Assembly (NCBI GenBank): GCA_963817895.1
Contig: CAWFQB010000003.1
Span: forward strand, 64,001-128,000
DNA length: 64,000 nt
Source of the DNA: an uncultured Chthonomonadaceae bacterium
GTDB lineage: Bacteria; Armatimonadota; Chthonomonadetes; Chthonomonadales; Chthonomonadaceae
Reading direction: 5' to 3'
Part shown: positions 10,943 through 21,440 of the stretch, piece by piece
Layout of the letters: each line of letters opens with the position of its first letter
Position numbering within the stretch: position 1 is the first letter of the stretch
The notes under the pieces: generated by a model
The model's input: the letters and a program-made list of their open reading frames with translations, nothing else
What the model was told of the DNA's origin: nothing
Database searches by the model: none
Translations under genes and position numbers: made by a program

Positions 10943-12055
10943 TTATTTTCTTTTTATATTATCTACAGGTAGAGCGGCAATTTGCAGCAGACTGGTGTCG
11001 AGCAGTTGCGCCACATCAACCGTGTGAGGCAGATAGCCGGCTTCAAATTGCGCCTGCATGAACGCGGCGATGCTTGCCGGGTTCGGATCGGCGGTGAAGT
11101 CGCACCGATGCCAGGCTTCGCGTAGAACGTTCGCGGAAAGGGCTTTGCCGGTCAGCCGCTTCAACTCTTTATTGGTTTCCGTTTGGGCCTCATCGCCATG
11201 CGTCTGCATCCAAGCCAGCGTTTGCAGATGCGCGGCAAGGATTTGCTGAACGTCCTGCGGATGCTGTTCCAGAAACGCGCGGCGGGCGACAACGACGGTT
11301 GTAGTCACTTTATGATCGGGCCACAGGTCGCGCTCATCCAGAACCAGATTCGCGTGGGCGTCGTGGATAAGGCGGGAGGCCCAGGGTTCGGGAACCCAGG
11401 CCGCGTCCAGTTCGTTGCGCAGAAACAGGGTCAGCATATCGGCGTTTTTCACGGGCAGGATTTCCACCCCGCCGCCCTGTTCGGTTCCGCGTAACCCCTG
11501 CTGCGCCAGAAAGTGCCGAAGCGAAATGTCTTGTGTGCCGCCAATTTGCGGCACGGCTACGCGCTTGCCTTCCAGATCGCGAACACTCGTAATATTGGTT
11601 CCACTCCGGGCGATTAAAGCCGCGCCGCCGCTGCAAGCCCCCGCAATGATTTTCAGAGCGCGGCCATTCGATTTCAGAAACGTATTGGCGGCAGGGCCGG
11701 GGCCGACGTAACTAACATCAATTTCGCCTGCTAACAGCGCTTCCATCGCTTCCGGCCCCGCGTTGAATACTTTGGCGTCCAGCGCGACCTGACTGCCCAA
11801 CGCCTGCTGAAACGTACCCCTGCCAACGCCGATAACAGCGGGAGCATGGGTGACATTGGCAAAATAGCCCAATCGCACTCGTCTCGCGCCTGACCGCGCC
11901 ACATCCGGCGGACGCCCGATGACGAACGCCAGAAGAAACAGCGTGACGATGCCGAACAGTGGCATAGCGTTTTGCCGCAGGCTTTGTATCCACTGCGCTG
12001 TTTGTGATTGTGGCTGCTGCAAAATTAGCCCTCTTTTGCCAGGGGTTGAAAACAC
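10943..12055 (-). CDS. ABC transporter substrate-binding protein (SsuA-like); start uncertain
   Basis: RLGYFANVTHAPA, FNAGP, YVGPGP, GGTQD, DAAWVPEPW. Confidence 0.9.
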   Translation of the reverse strand: MFSTPGKRGLILQQPQSQTAQWIQSLRQNAMPLFGIVTLFLLAFVIGRPPDVARSGARRVRLGYFANVTHAPAVIGVGRGTFQQALGSQVALDAKVFNAGPEAMEALLAGEIDVSYVGPGPAANTFLKSNGRALKIIAGACSGGAALIARSGTNITSVRDLEGKRVAVPQIGGTQDISLRHFLAQQGLRGTEQGGGVEILPVKNADMLTLFLRNELDAAWVPEPWASRLIHDAHANLVLDERDLWPDHKVTTTVVVARRAFLEQHPQDVQQILAAHLQTLAWMQTHGDEAQTETNKELKRLTGKALSANVLREAWHRCDFTADPNPASIAAFMQAQFEAGYLPHTVDVAQLLDTSLLQIAALPVDNIKRK

Positions 12056-12060
12056 CCGAC

Positions 12061-12519
12061 TTATATCACGTAATCAAAAATCTCGTTTTGCTGCGCCAGC
12101 AGGGTTCCGTGCCGTTCGGCGAGTTGGGCGAAGGTGGTCGTGTCCAGCACTTTCGCCAGCGCGTCGCGCGCCTCTTTCCAGGCCGCGCGCAGGCTGCACG
12201 TCAGCGGTTCCGGGCAGCCGCACTCGTTGTAGTTCGTCGCGCTGACGCAGCTCATGGGCGCGAGCGGGCCATCGGTTGCGCGCACCACCGCCCCAAGCGT
12301 AATCGAAGCAGGCGACATAGCAAGCATATAGCCGCCCCCCGGCCCCTTGCGGCTCTTGACAAACCCGAACCGCTTCAGCGTGAGCAGTATCTGTTCCAGA
12401 AACTTCACGGGAATATTCTGCCGCGCCGCGATCTCATGGATCAGTACAGGGCCTTCGCTGCTGTGCAGCGTGAGATCAATCAGGGCGCGGGTCGCGTATT
12501 TTCCTCGGCAAGATAACAT
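12061..12519 (-). CDS. Rrf2 family transcriptional regulator (CymR/IscR-like)
   Basis: YATRAL, IAARQNIPVKFLEQIL, SRKGPGGGY, Cys cluster C..ECGC..C. Confidence 0.93.
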   Translation of the reverse strand: MLSCRGKYATRALIDLTLHSSEGPVLIHEIAARQNIPVKFLEQILLTLKRFGFVKSRKGPGGGYMLAMSPASITLGAVVRATDGPLAPMSCVSATNYNECGCPEPLTCSLRAAWKEARDALAKVLDTTTFAQLAERHGTLLAQQNEIFDYVI

Positions 12520-12558
12520 CGGATTTATGGCTCTTACGAACCAACAAATTGATTCGTT

Positions 12559-12612
12559 ACTTAGTCTATCAAATTAGTAGAGTATTCTAGCACATGTCCA
12601 TGTAATTGTCAA
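12559..12612 (-). promoter_or_regulatory. Sigma70 promoter (TTGACA-N17-TAGAAT) overlapped by Rrf2 operator 12559-12586
   Basis: Minus-strand -35 at 12607-12612 and -10 at 12584-12589. Confidence 0.8.
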
Positions 12613-12848
12613 TAGCCACCCGCCTTACCAGTAAGAATATTGTTGCTACAATGTTGAAGTCGCTTGGAGGGATCACGTTGAGAAAAGAGACACAATTTTG
12701 ACTGATGGTGTCATTTTCAGCGCGATATACGGCGATAACCCTGCTCATGTAGAAACATTTACACCCGAAAAGCGTAGAAGAGTGGGTACGTTTTCAGGAA
12801 TACGGCAAGTTTGATGAATAGCCGCCTGAACAGGAGAATCACCCCCTT

Positions 12849-15125
12849 ATGGAACCCACTCGAAGAGATTTTATTCAGACCGGCATCGCGCTTGCGGGCG
12901 CGGCGGGACTGGCGCTGACGGAAACCGCCGCGAATGCGGCAGAGCCACAGCCTGCGCTTGCGGCAGCCGGAGAATCGCTTGCCGTCAGCGCGACGGACAA
13001 GGCACAGGACCTTGCCACCGCAACCACAATGGATAAAGGGCCGCTGACCACCAACATAGGACAGCCGATCAGCACCGACCAGAACTCGCTGCGGGCGGGC
13101 GGCCGCGGACCGACGCTGCTGGAAGATTATGTTCTGCGCGAAAAGCTTCAGCATTTCGACCATGAGCGCATCCCGGAGCGTATTGTCCATGCGCGCGGCG
13201 CGGCAGCGCATGGACACTTTCAGGTGTATCAGTCGCTTGCCGACCTTACCGCCGCCAAAGTGCTGCACGATCCCGCTGTGAAAACTCCCGTATACGTCCG
13301 GTTTTCCACAGTGGCCGGGTCGCGCGGTTCGGCGGACACGGCCCGCGATGTGCGCGGCTTTGCCGTCAAGATGTACACGCAGGAGGGCAACTGGGACATT
13401 GTAGGCAACAACATCCCTGTGTTCTTCATTCAGGACGCCATCAAGTTTCCCGACCTGATACATGCCGTGAAGCCGGAACCGCACAACGAAATTCCGCAGG
13501 CGGCTTCCGCGCACGACACCTTTTATGATTTTATTTCGCTGACGCCCGAATCTATGCACATGCTTATGTGGGTAATGAGCGACCGTTCGCTTCCGCGCAG
13601 CTATGGCATGATGGAGGGTTTTGGCGTTCACACGTTCCGGCTGGTCAACGCCGAGGGCAAATCCACCCTTGTCAAATTCCACTGGAAGCCGCTGTTAGGC
13701 GTCCATTCGCTGGTGTGGGACGAGGCGCAGCAGATTGCGGGCAAAGACCCGGATTTTCACCGCAAAGACATGTGGGAAGCCATCGAAAAGGGCAACTTTT
13801 TTGAGTGGGAATTGGGAATACAAACCATTCCCGAAGGCGAAGAGGGCAAGTTCGACTTTGACGTGTTGGACGCCACCAAAATCTGGCCCGAAGAATTGCT
13901 GCCCGTCCGGCGCATCGGCAAAATGACGCTCAACCGCAACCCCGACAACTACTTTGCCGAAACCGAACAGGTCGCGTACAGCACCACCAACATCGTGCCG
14001 GGTATTGATTTCACGGATGACCCGCTGTTGCAGGGGCGCAACTTCTCCTATCAGGATACCCAACTCAGTCGGCTTGGCAGTCCCAACTTTCACGAACTGC
14101 CCATCAATCGCCCGATTTGCCCCGTGTCCAACAATCAGCGCGACGCGCACATGCGGCATACCATCAACAAGGGTCGCGTCTCGTATGCGCCCGCGTCATT
14201 AGACGGACATTCGCCCGATGAGGCCGTTCCTCCGCGCGGCGGGTTTGTCAGCTATCGGGAAACGGTGAGCGGGCCGAAGGTTCGCGAGCGCAGCAAAAGT
14301 TTCGACGACCATTACGGACAGGCGCGGTTGTTCTGGAACAGCATGACGCCGCCCGAAAAAGAGCATATCGTCAAGGCGCTGCAATTCGAGTTGAGCAAAG
14401 TGGAAACCCGCGCCGTTCGGCAGCGGATGCTCGGCCATCTGGCGAAAATCAATGACGTTCTGGCCTCACAGGCGGGCGCGGCGCTTGGCGAAACGGTTCC
14501 GGGCCATGCCCCTTCCGCCAAACCCGGCGGCACAGCGGACAGCGTGGAGGAAACCCGCGCGCTTGCCAGCGCCACGACGCCAACCACGTCATCAGGCGGG
14601 GTTCAAAAGTCCAAAGCGTTGAGCATGGCAGGGCAGCCGGCAAGCGCAAAGAATCGTAAAGTGGCGATACTGGTGGAAGCCGGGGTAGATGCGTCGCAAG
14701 TGGAAGCCATGCAGCAGGCGCTGAAAGCGGCGGGCGCGGCGGGCGATGTTGTCGGCCCGCATCTTGGAGCCATAAGCGGCAAGAACGGCGCGAATGTGGA
14801 GGCCACCAAAACGTATGCCAACAGCAGTCCGGCAACTTACGATGCCGTGTATGTGCCGGGTGGCGCAAGCGCCGCCGCTCTGAAGCTAAAAGGGGACGCA
14901 CGCGTGTTTGTGGCGCAAACCTACAAGCATGCCAAAGCGATTGGGGCGACGGGCGAAGGCGTAGACCTGCTGGTGGCAGCCCTCCCGGAGGGCGCGGCGA
15001 TGAACCAAATGGGCGTTGTCGGGGAGCGGGAGGGCGCGCAGCGCGACGGCGCAATCCAGAAGTTTGTCGCCGCCATCGGGCCGAGGCACTGGGGCCGTCC
15101 CGCGCTGGATCGCGTCTCGGCCTGA
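12849..15125 (+). CDS. katE: Large-subunit catalase HPII with Tat signal and C-terminal DJ-1-like domain
   Basis: [38 protein letters not shown]-terminal TRRDFIQ..ANA. Confidence 0.95.
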   Translation: MEPTRRDFIQTGIALAGAAGLALTETAANAAEPQPALAAAGESLAVSATDKAQDLATATTMDKGPLTTNIGQPISTDQNSLRAGGRGPTLLEDYVLREKLQHFDHERIPERIVHARGAAAHGHFQVYQSLADLTAAKVLHDPAVKTPVYVRFSTVAGSRGSADTARDVRGFAVKMYTQEGNWDIVGNNIPVFFIQDAIKFPDLIHAVKPEPHNEIPQAASAHDTFYDFISLTPESMHMLMWVMSDRSLPRSYGMMEGFGVHTFRLVNAEGKSTLVKFHWKPLLGVHSLVWDEAQQIAGKDPDFHRKDMWEAIEKGNFFEWELGIQTIPEGEEGKFDFDVLDATKIWPEELLPVRRIGKMTLNRNPDNYFAETEQVAYSTTNIVPGIDFTDDPLLQGRNFSYQDTQLSRLGSPNFHELPINRPICPVSNNQRDAHMRHTINKGRVSYAPASLDGHSPDEAVPPRGGFVSYRETVSGPKVRERSKSFDDHYGQARLFWNSMTPPEKEHIVKALQFELSKVETRAVRQRMLGHLAKINDVLASQAGAALGETVPGHAPSAKPGGTADSVEETRALASATTPTTSSGGVQKSKALSMAGQPASAKNRKVAILVEAGVDASQVEAMQQALKAAGAAGDVVGPHLGAISGKNGANVEATKTYANSSPATYDAVYVPGGASAAALKLKGDARVFVAQTYKHAKAIGATGEGVDLLVAALPEGAAMNQMGVVGEREGAQRDGAIQKFVAAIGPRHWGRPALDRVSA

Positions 15126-15246
15126 TCCGCGCCACGACAGGATTACGTCGTTTTTGCGACAATGCTTTGTACAGAAAGGATTACGAAAAGTTATGTAGCA
15201 GGGCTTCCACCAAACCGCTTGCCGCTTTCGTCATAATATATGGATA

Positions 15247-15675
15247 ATGAAGGAGCGGCAAGTGGGTATGGAACGAAAACAGGTGCTACGGATTCTTATC
15301 GTGGATGACAACGCTTTCGTGCGGGAGGGGTTGGCGGCTATCATAGGAAGGCAGAGCGACATGGAAGTTGTGGGCGAGGCCGGCAATGGCGCGGAAGCCG
15401 TCACCCTGTACTGCCGCCATCAGCCGGATGTGACGCTGATGGACTTGCGGATGCCGATCATGGACGGGATTGCGGCAACGCATGCTATTCGGAAAGAGTT
15501 TCCAGAAGCCCGTATCCTCGTGGTCACGACTTTCGTTGAAGATGAGTCGATTACGAGCGCGCTTCACGCCGGAGCCGCCGGATACGTGCTTAAGGACGCG
15601 CCTATGGCGCAGATTATGGAAGCCATACGCGCCACAGGCGGGCAGGCGGAGCCGGTTGTTCCTCCGCAGTCTTGA
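15247..15675 (+). CDS. Stand-alone receiver-domain response regulator (NarL-type REC)
   Basis: ILIVDD, DVTLMDLRMP, YVLKD; no HTH. Confidence 0.85.
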   Translation: MKERQVGMERKQVLRILIVDDNAFVREGLAAIIGRQSDMEVVGEAGNGAEAVTLYCRHQPDVTLMDLRMPIMDGIAATHAIRKEFPEARILVVTTFVEDESITSALHAGAAGYVLKDAPMAQIMEAIRATGGQAEPVVPPQS

Positions 15676-15728
15676 AGCCTCACCGGGCGTCCACAGGTGG
15701 ACGCCCGGTGAGAATAAAGTGTTTTCTA

Positions 15729-17189
15729 TTATCCTGTATGCTTTGCGGCGCGGGTGGGGACAACTACCAGAATTTCGGTACCTTTTCCCGGCTGGCTGCG
15801 AATGGAAAGGGTTCCGCCGAGACGGTCGGCGCGTTCCTGCATGCCCACCAATCCGTAGTGTCCGGCGGGAGTGGAAGCCAGCGCGTCGAAACCCCTGCCA
15901 TTGTCCTGTATCCACAGTTGCACGGATTTGAAAGTGAAGGTCAATTCCACCCGCAGGCGCGTGGCATCCCCGTGCCGCAGACTATTGGTGAGGGCTTCCT
16001 GACCGATACGCAGCAGGTCGTCTTCCACACTGGGCAGGAGGGGCCATGCCTTTCCCTGTACGGCAAACTCCCCCGCGACGGATGTTCCCGCCGTGACCTG
16101 CTCGACAAGCTGCGTCAGCGCTTCGGGCAGTGTTTTGTCTTGCAGCAGGAGAGGACGCAGCGCCTGCACGGAGCGGCGGGCCTCCATCAAACTCTCTCTC
16201 GCCGCCGTCGCCGCGCGTTCCAGATGGGCTTCCGCCTGTTCCGGCTCCGTTTTCAGCAATCCTCTGGCGGCTTCCACCTGCATGGTGATGCCCGTAAACC
16301 CCTGCGCCAGCGTGTCATGAATCTCCTGCGCCATGCGGTTACGCTCCCGCAGCACGGCGATTTCCGCCTCGTGCCGGACGCGCTCCTCCCCGGCGATTTT
16401 ACTATGGGTCATGTCGCGCATCACCTTGATATAACGATGCTCCGCTCCATCATGCATCGTCATCAGAACGCCCGACGCCCAAAACCGCGACCCGTCCCGC
16501 TTCACATGCCAGCGCTCATCTTCAGCGCGCCCCTCATTCGCGGCCTGCTCCAACTCCTTACGGTCTTCACCCGCCGCCACATCTTCGGGCGTGAACAAAA
16601 TAGCCGAAGGCTGTCCCACAATGTCTTCCGCCCCATAACCCAACAAGCGCTCCGCGCCGATGTTCCAGTCGGAGATACAGCCCTCCGCGTCGAGAGTAAA
16701 TATGGCGTATTCCGTCACGCTTTCCACAATACGGCGATGACGCTCTTCACTGAAACGCAAGGCATCTTCCAGCTGTTTCTGCTGCGTGTTATCGCGGAAG
16801 ATGATGGAGTAGCCGCTGATACTGCCGTCAGAATTTGAAAGCGCCTGATCAATGCCGCTGGCATAATAACGGCTGCCATCTTTTTTCATCTGCCAGCGCT
16901 CGTTGAGGGCTTTACCGTGTTCGCGCGCCATCTGCAGTTGCCGCTCGGGAATGTTCTGCGCCTGGTCTTCGGGCGTATAAAAGCGATGGGTGGTTTGCCC
17001 CAGGATTTCGGCCTCATCGTAGCCCAGAATACGACGAGCGCCCTCATTCCACGTCGTAACCCGTCCCTCGACATCCAGCAGGAAAATAGCGTACTCGGTG
17101 GCGCGTTCCACCAAAAGGGCAAATTGGGAGGCGCTACGCGCCTCCCAATTTGCCCCGGCGCATTCCGGAAAACTTGCAGTGCTGTTCAA
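15729..17189 (-). CDS. PAS-PAS sensor histidine kinase (HisKA_3 type)
   Basis: Two YAIF..WN.GA PAS repeats, ERNRMAQEIHDTLAQ, DNGRGF, GLVGMQER. Confidence 0.93.
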   Translation of the reverse strand: MNSTASFPECAGANWEARSASQFALLVERATEYAIFLLDVEGRVTTWNEGARRILGYDEAEILGQTTHRFYTPEDQAQNIPERQLQMAREHGKALNERWQMKKDGSRYYASGIDQALSNSDGSISGYSIIFRDNTQQKQLEDALRFSEERHRRIVESVTEYAIFTLDAEGCISDWNIGAERLLGYGAEDIVGQPSAILFTPEDVAAGEDRKELEQAANEGRAEDERWHVKRDGSRFWASGVLMTMHDGAEHRYIKVMRDMTHSKIAGEERVRHEAEIAVLRERNRMAQEIHDTLAQGFTGITMQVEAARGLLKTEPEQAEAHLERAATAARESLMEARRSVQALRPLLLQDKTLPEALTQLVEQVTAGTSVAGEFAVQGKAWPLLPSVEDDLLRIGQEALTNSLRHGDATRLRVELTFTFKSVQLWIQDNGRGFDALASTPAGHYGLVGMQERADRLGGTLSIRSQPGKGTEILVVVPTRAAKHTG

Positions 17190-17268
17190 GGCATTTCCTT
17201 TCTCTTTTCTATTAGAGAATTGCCTTTGCTGTTAATCGCGTTTCGATAATCGGCTGGCGCGAACATTC

Positions 17269-17901
17269 TCAGGTCAATTGCGCCATGCCGCGCTTGAGGG
17301 CGAGGGTCACGGCCTGAGTGCGGTCACTCACGCCCATCTTTTTGAAGATGCTGGCGACATGCACTTTGACGGTGCCTTCGGCGATGAAAAGTTTGTTGCC
17401 AATCTCCTGATTGCTCCGGCCCGCCACCAGATTTGTCAGGATTTCGTGTTCTCGGGCGGTAAGTTCCGGCACGCGCATACGTTCGGCAAGCTGGCTGCTG
17501 ATATACGCGGGCAGGTAGGTTTGTCCGGCGGCGACCTGCGCGATGGCATGGAACATTTCGGTCGGCTGCGTGTCTTTGAGCAGGTAAGACCTGGCGCCAT
17601 TTTGCAGCGCGCGGTAAATATCATCCTGCGCGTCAAAGGTGGAGAGCATCATTACCCGCGCCTGCGGAAATTCGCCGCGTATGGCTTGCAGCGCGGCCAG
17701 GCCGTCCAACTGCGGCATGTGCCTGTCCAGAAGCGCGACATCCGGCTGGTGCCGGCGATACAGGGCGACGGCCTCTTCGCCATTGCCGGCTTCCGCCACA
17801 ACACACATATCCGTCCGCTGCTTAATCAGGGAGGCAAATCCCTCGCGGGTTACGGGATGATCATCGGCAATAAGAATCCGCACAGGAGAAGAACCGTTCA
17901 T
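17269..17901 (-). CDS. NarL/LuxR family response regulator
   Basis: REC domain plus LTAREHEIL..GRSNQEIG..TVKVHV HTH. Confidence 0.93.
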   Translation of the reverse strand: MNGSSPVRILIADDHPVTREGFASLIKQRTDMCVVAEAGNGEEAVALYRRHQPDVALLDRHMPQLDGLAALQAIRGEFPQARVMMLSTFDAQDDIYRALQNGARSYLLKDTQPTEMFHAIAQVAAGQTYLPAYISSQLAERMRVPELTAREHEILTNLVAGRSNQEIGNKLFIAEGTVKVHVASIFKKMGVSDRTQAVTLALKRGMAQLT

Positions 17902-18066
17902 AAGAACCTCCACATCAAGGCAGACAAACCGGCAAACGCAGCCAGGCATTGCCGACAAATAGAGATTTACGCCCCAATAGTAATGCAGTCTTCGCTGTCA
18001 CCCTCTCGGCGCATCGCGTCGAAGCCTGCGAAGGAGGGAGAAGCGTCCATGTCACAGGACCTATAG

Positions 18067-18213
18067 TCAGCCGGCTTCGCTTGGCTTTATCATGCGCAGT
18101 TTCACCTGGCACACAGCGCACAGAAAATCCTCGCGGTTGCTCTGCGCCTTCTCCACACGCGCCCATACGGCAGGACGGCCACAACCAATAACCTCGCAGA
18201 GTAGAGTTTCCAT
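18067..18213 (-). CDS. Putative 48-aa Cys4 zinc-binding microprotein (below ORF-track cutoff)
   Basis: AAAGGTGA RBS; METLLCEVIGCGRPAVWARVEKAQSNREDFLCAVCQVKLRMIKPSEAG. Confidence 0.55.
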   Translation of the reverse strand: METLLCEVIGCGRPAVWARVEKAQSNREDFLCAVCQVKLRMIKPSEAG

Positions 18214-18241
18214 ATCGTATCACCTTTTGAAAATAAAAACG

Positions 18242-18287
18242 ACAAAAAGCCACTTTCGGGCAACACTGATCGAAAGTGGCTTTTTGT
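18242..18287. terminator. Intrinsic terminator-like hairpin
   Basis: ACAAAAAGCCACTTTCG / CGAAAGTGGCTTTTTGT, 17-bp perfect stem. Confidence 0.8.
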
Positions 18288-18413
18288 AAGCGTCCGGACT
18301 TGGTTTATCTTACTGCCTCGTTCTAATAACAGGCTACTCCTCTGTTTGCGTGTTTTCAACTATCTCTTACGGCCTACTATACCGATGTCAACTACAATAT
18401 GGTCAAGACATTC

Positions 18414-19968
18414 TCATTTGCGGCTTTTGGTGGCAAGGGTGGCGCGCAGAGTGACGAGCTGTAGCGGGCTGACATCGGGGATAGTGACAACGCCGTTGCG
18501 CATCGTCACGACACTCTCCTCCACGTCATGCAGGCTGGCGCTGTTACGGTGGACGCGAAAGGTTACGCTGCCGACATTGGCGAGTTCCGGTACGCGCAGG
18601 ATCACGGCAAACGTTCGCGCCGGCTGTCCCGTGTTGTCGCGGTCGAACTGTGTCATGTTGGCAAACTCGAATGCGTCCGAGGTGTAGTTGCTCAGGGCAA
18701 TAGCCCACGTTCCGTCCGGGTTGCGGGCAGCGGCGGCGGTCAGGCGGGGCTTGCGGCCATACGTCCACGCCATGTCGCCCTCAAGAGAGCTTTGCGAACT
18801 GCGAAAAACCGCGCCCACATCGAAGGTCAGGCTCAAACGCTTGAAATAGTAGTATTTCAGCAGCGGCAGATACCAGTCCCCTTCGCGCAGGGGCTGGTAC
18901 TCAATCAGCCGCTGCACGTTGTCGTAATCTTCGGGCCATTTCGTGACCTCTTCCGCGCCCAAAAACCAGACCCAATGCGTGACGCGGTGGTTCATGTCAT
19001 TGATAAACCGGGAAGACAGAGAAGCCGCCTGTCGCGCGTCGGATGGCGGTTCGCTGGTCGGCAACCCTACCCCGCCGCCCGAACTCGGTAATCCAGAATT
19101 CCCGGCTGTTACGCCCGTTCGCGCCTGCCACGAAACCGGCTTCCGCTTCCCGCGCCGCCATGTTGTAGGAGTGGGTCGCGATACCGGTCAGACTGTTCCA
19201 CGCGCCCGCGTCCGCTTTGAGCGCGGCCAGAAATTTATCCGTAACGGCGTCGTTGTTGGACTGTTCCGTCGCTACAATGCCGACCTGCTTCAGCCCGCGC
19301 TTATCCAGTTCGGAGCGCAGGGCGCGAACCGTAGCCACCATTGTTTGGGGCGTGAACCAGGGCGGCTCGTTGGCGATTCCCGTAACGTTAATTTGAACTT
19401 TGTACTTGTCGCGCAACAATTGAATGAACTCGGCAATCAATCCCGCGTAGGTTTGGGTCGCAGAGGCTTTGATGGGCGAGTCGGGTTTGGCGGGGTCTTC
19501 CCGCAGTTCCGAGGGGACATGATCGGGCGCGAGCAGCAACGTGGTCACGCCATTTGCCCGCGCATCGGCAATGATTCCCGATGTAATGTAGGCTTCGGCA
19601 AAGGGGGCGGGATTGCGCGGGCCGGACGGGGGCGCGAATGTCGGCACATCCCACCACAAGCGCAGGATTTTCAGGCGCAGGTCGCCAAACAACAATCGCG
19701 CCAGCAATGCGCGGCGTTCCGGCGTCAGTTTGTTATACGGCGATTGAAAATTGTTCTGGCTGGTTCCCATGCCCCCGAATGTCTGGCGCATGCCCGACTG
19801 CACGGTAATCTTGACAGGTTCCCCCTGCGCAATCAATGGCACGGTAATTGTCGGCACGATTTTCACAGCCGTCGTACTCTGTGATCTCGCGCAGACGGGA
19901 TACCCAAATAGCGCGGCAGTAGTCAGCGCAAATGAAAATAAGATAGTATCTAATAGAGTTCTTCTCAG
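18414..19968 (-). CDS. Exported clan GH-A glycoside hydrolase, GH30-like (frameshift near 19080; start approximate)
   Basis: QTFGGMG, ANEP acid/base, THSY, FWITE nucleophile; second ORF supplies KYYY and AARNPDG beta-sandwich. Confidence 0.7.
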
Positions 19969-20002
19969 GGTCTTCGTCCTTCCTGATGCAAGTTTAACAA
20001 CC

Positions 20003-21271
20003 TTATGTGCGCCGCAGTACCGGACGCCGGGAGCAGAGCGCGTCGAGCGTGATTTCGGCGGCGGCTTGCGTCCCGTCACATCTTGCAATTTCGGCCTGCA
20101 ATGCCTGCGCCCGGTTGCGGTAAGCGGGCTGCGCGAGTACCTTTTGTACCGCCGCTCCAAGCCGCTCCCGGCTCAATTTAGACAGCGGAACCATCTCGCC
20201 CGCTCCCGCATATACCAATCGCGCAGCCACTCCGGGCTGATCGTTGGTGATGGGAATTGCCACGAGGGGAACGCCCTGCGCCAGTGTTCCCAGAGCGGTA
20301 TTCATTCCCGCATGGGTAATGACGAGGGCCGCGCGCTTAAGCAGTTCCCGCTGCGGCGCGTAGGCGACGACAATCGGCGAACCCGGCAGGTCGCTTGGTA
20401 TCGTCTGGTTTTTGTTGCCGAGCGAAATTACCAATTGCGCGTCCAGACCGTCACACGCGGCGGCAATGGTTTGAAACACGCGCTGCACCCGATTTTGCAG
20501 CGTTCCCATCGCGGCGTAAATCAGCGGCTGTCCGGTCAGCTTATCGAAAGGAAATTCTACGGCATCTTCGCTCTGCGCGTCATTCAGCGGCCCGACGTAG
20601 TGAAAGTGGGGCGGGAGCATGGCGCGGGGATAGTCCAGACACGCGGGCAGTTGAGTGATCTGGGCGAGGGGAGAATCGCACACCGCAGAAGCCAGCGGAG
20701 GCAGGTTCCACGTCAGCCGCTGCGCGTTGAGCGTGTGGCGGATGGGAGCGGAAATTCTGTCCAGAAGGAGATAGCCTAACTGGTTGCGGACGCGCGCTCC
20801 GACGGAGGCGCGATACTTCCAGGCGAAATTCAGGGGCGGAATATTCGGTTCTCTGTTCGCGGGGAGGGCGTTGCAAAGCGTCACGTAGGGCAGGCCCATA
20901 TGCTCGGCGACGGTTGCCGCCGCGGGCGTGAACTGATCCACGACCAACCCCTCGATGCCGCCGGTTTGGACAGCGGCAGGCATATCGCGCAGCCATAATC
21001 GGGCCGCGTCGCGAATAACCTGAATCGTGAAGCGCAGCGCTTTGCCCCCGGACAATTGCCCCAGCGTCTCGTACTGCCGCGCCATGCTTCCCGGCGGCGC
21101 TTCCGCCAGACCGATGGGAAGATACGCAAGACCGGCGGAAAGAGCCTTGCGCTCCGCGTCGGGCAGGGCAAGCAGGGTGACGCGATGGCCCTGACGCAGC
21201 AATTCGCGCCCCAACGTAGTCGTGGGATTAAGATGTCCGCTTGCTACTGAACAGCATAGACCGATGTGCAT
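20003..21271 (-). CDS. GT1 (MGT/UDP-glucuronosyl-type) glycosyltransferase, CrtX-like
   Basis: GHLNP, YAAMGT, YAPQRELL, ITHAGMNT, DQPGVAAR. Confidence 0.9.
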   Translation of the reverse strand: MHIGLCCSVASGHLNPTTTLGRELLRQGHRVTLLALPDAERKALSAGLAYLPIGLAEAPPGSMARQYETLGQLSGGKALRFTIQVIRDAARLWLRDMPAAVQTGGIEGLVVDQFTPAAATVAEHMGLPYVTLCNALPANREPNIPPLNFAWKYRASVGARVRNQLGYLLLDRISAPIRHTLNAQRLTWNLPPLASAVCDSPLAQITQLPACLDYPRAMLPPHFHYVGPLNDAQSEDAVEFPFDKLTGQPLIYAAMGTLQNRVQRVFQTIAAACDGLDAQLVISLGNKNQTIPSDLPGSPIVVAYAPQRELLKRAALVITHAGMNTALGTLAQGVPLVAIPITNDQPGVAARLVYAGAGEMVPLSKLSRERLGAAVQKVLAQPAYRNRAQALQAEIARCDGTQAAAEITLDALCSRRPVLRRT

Positions 21272-21440
21272 TGCGCCTGCTTTCTTCGCGTACTTTCTTG
21301 CTTGCTTTTCTGTGTGGTTGACCCAGACCTTCCGATTTTTTGGTTATGGCTTTGTCCAAAAGGAATTGCCCGCATCGCCCTTGAATAGTATGCCATTCTT
21401 CACCTGAAGCGCGGCGGAATCCTTCTGCAAAGGAGCCATA

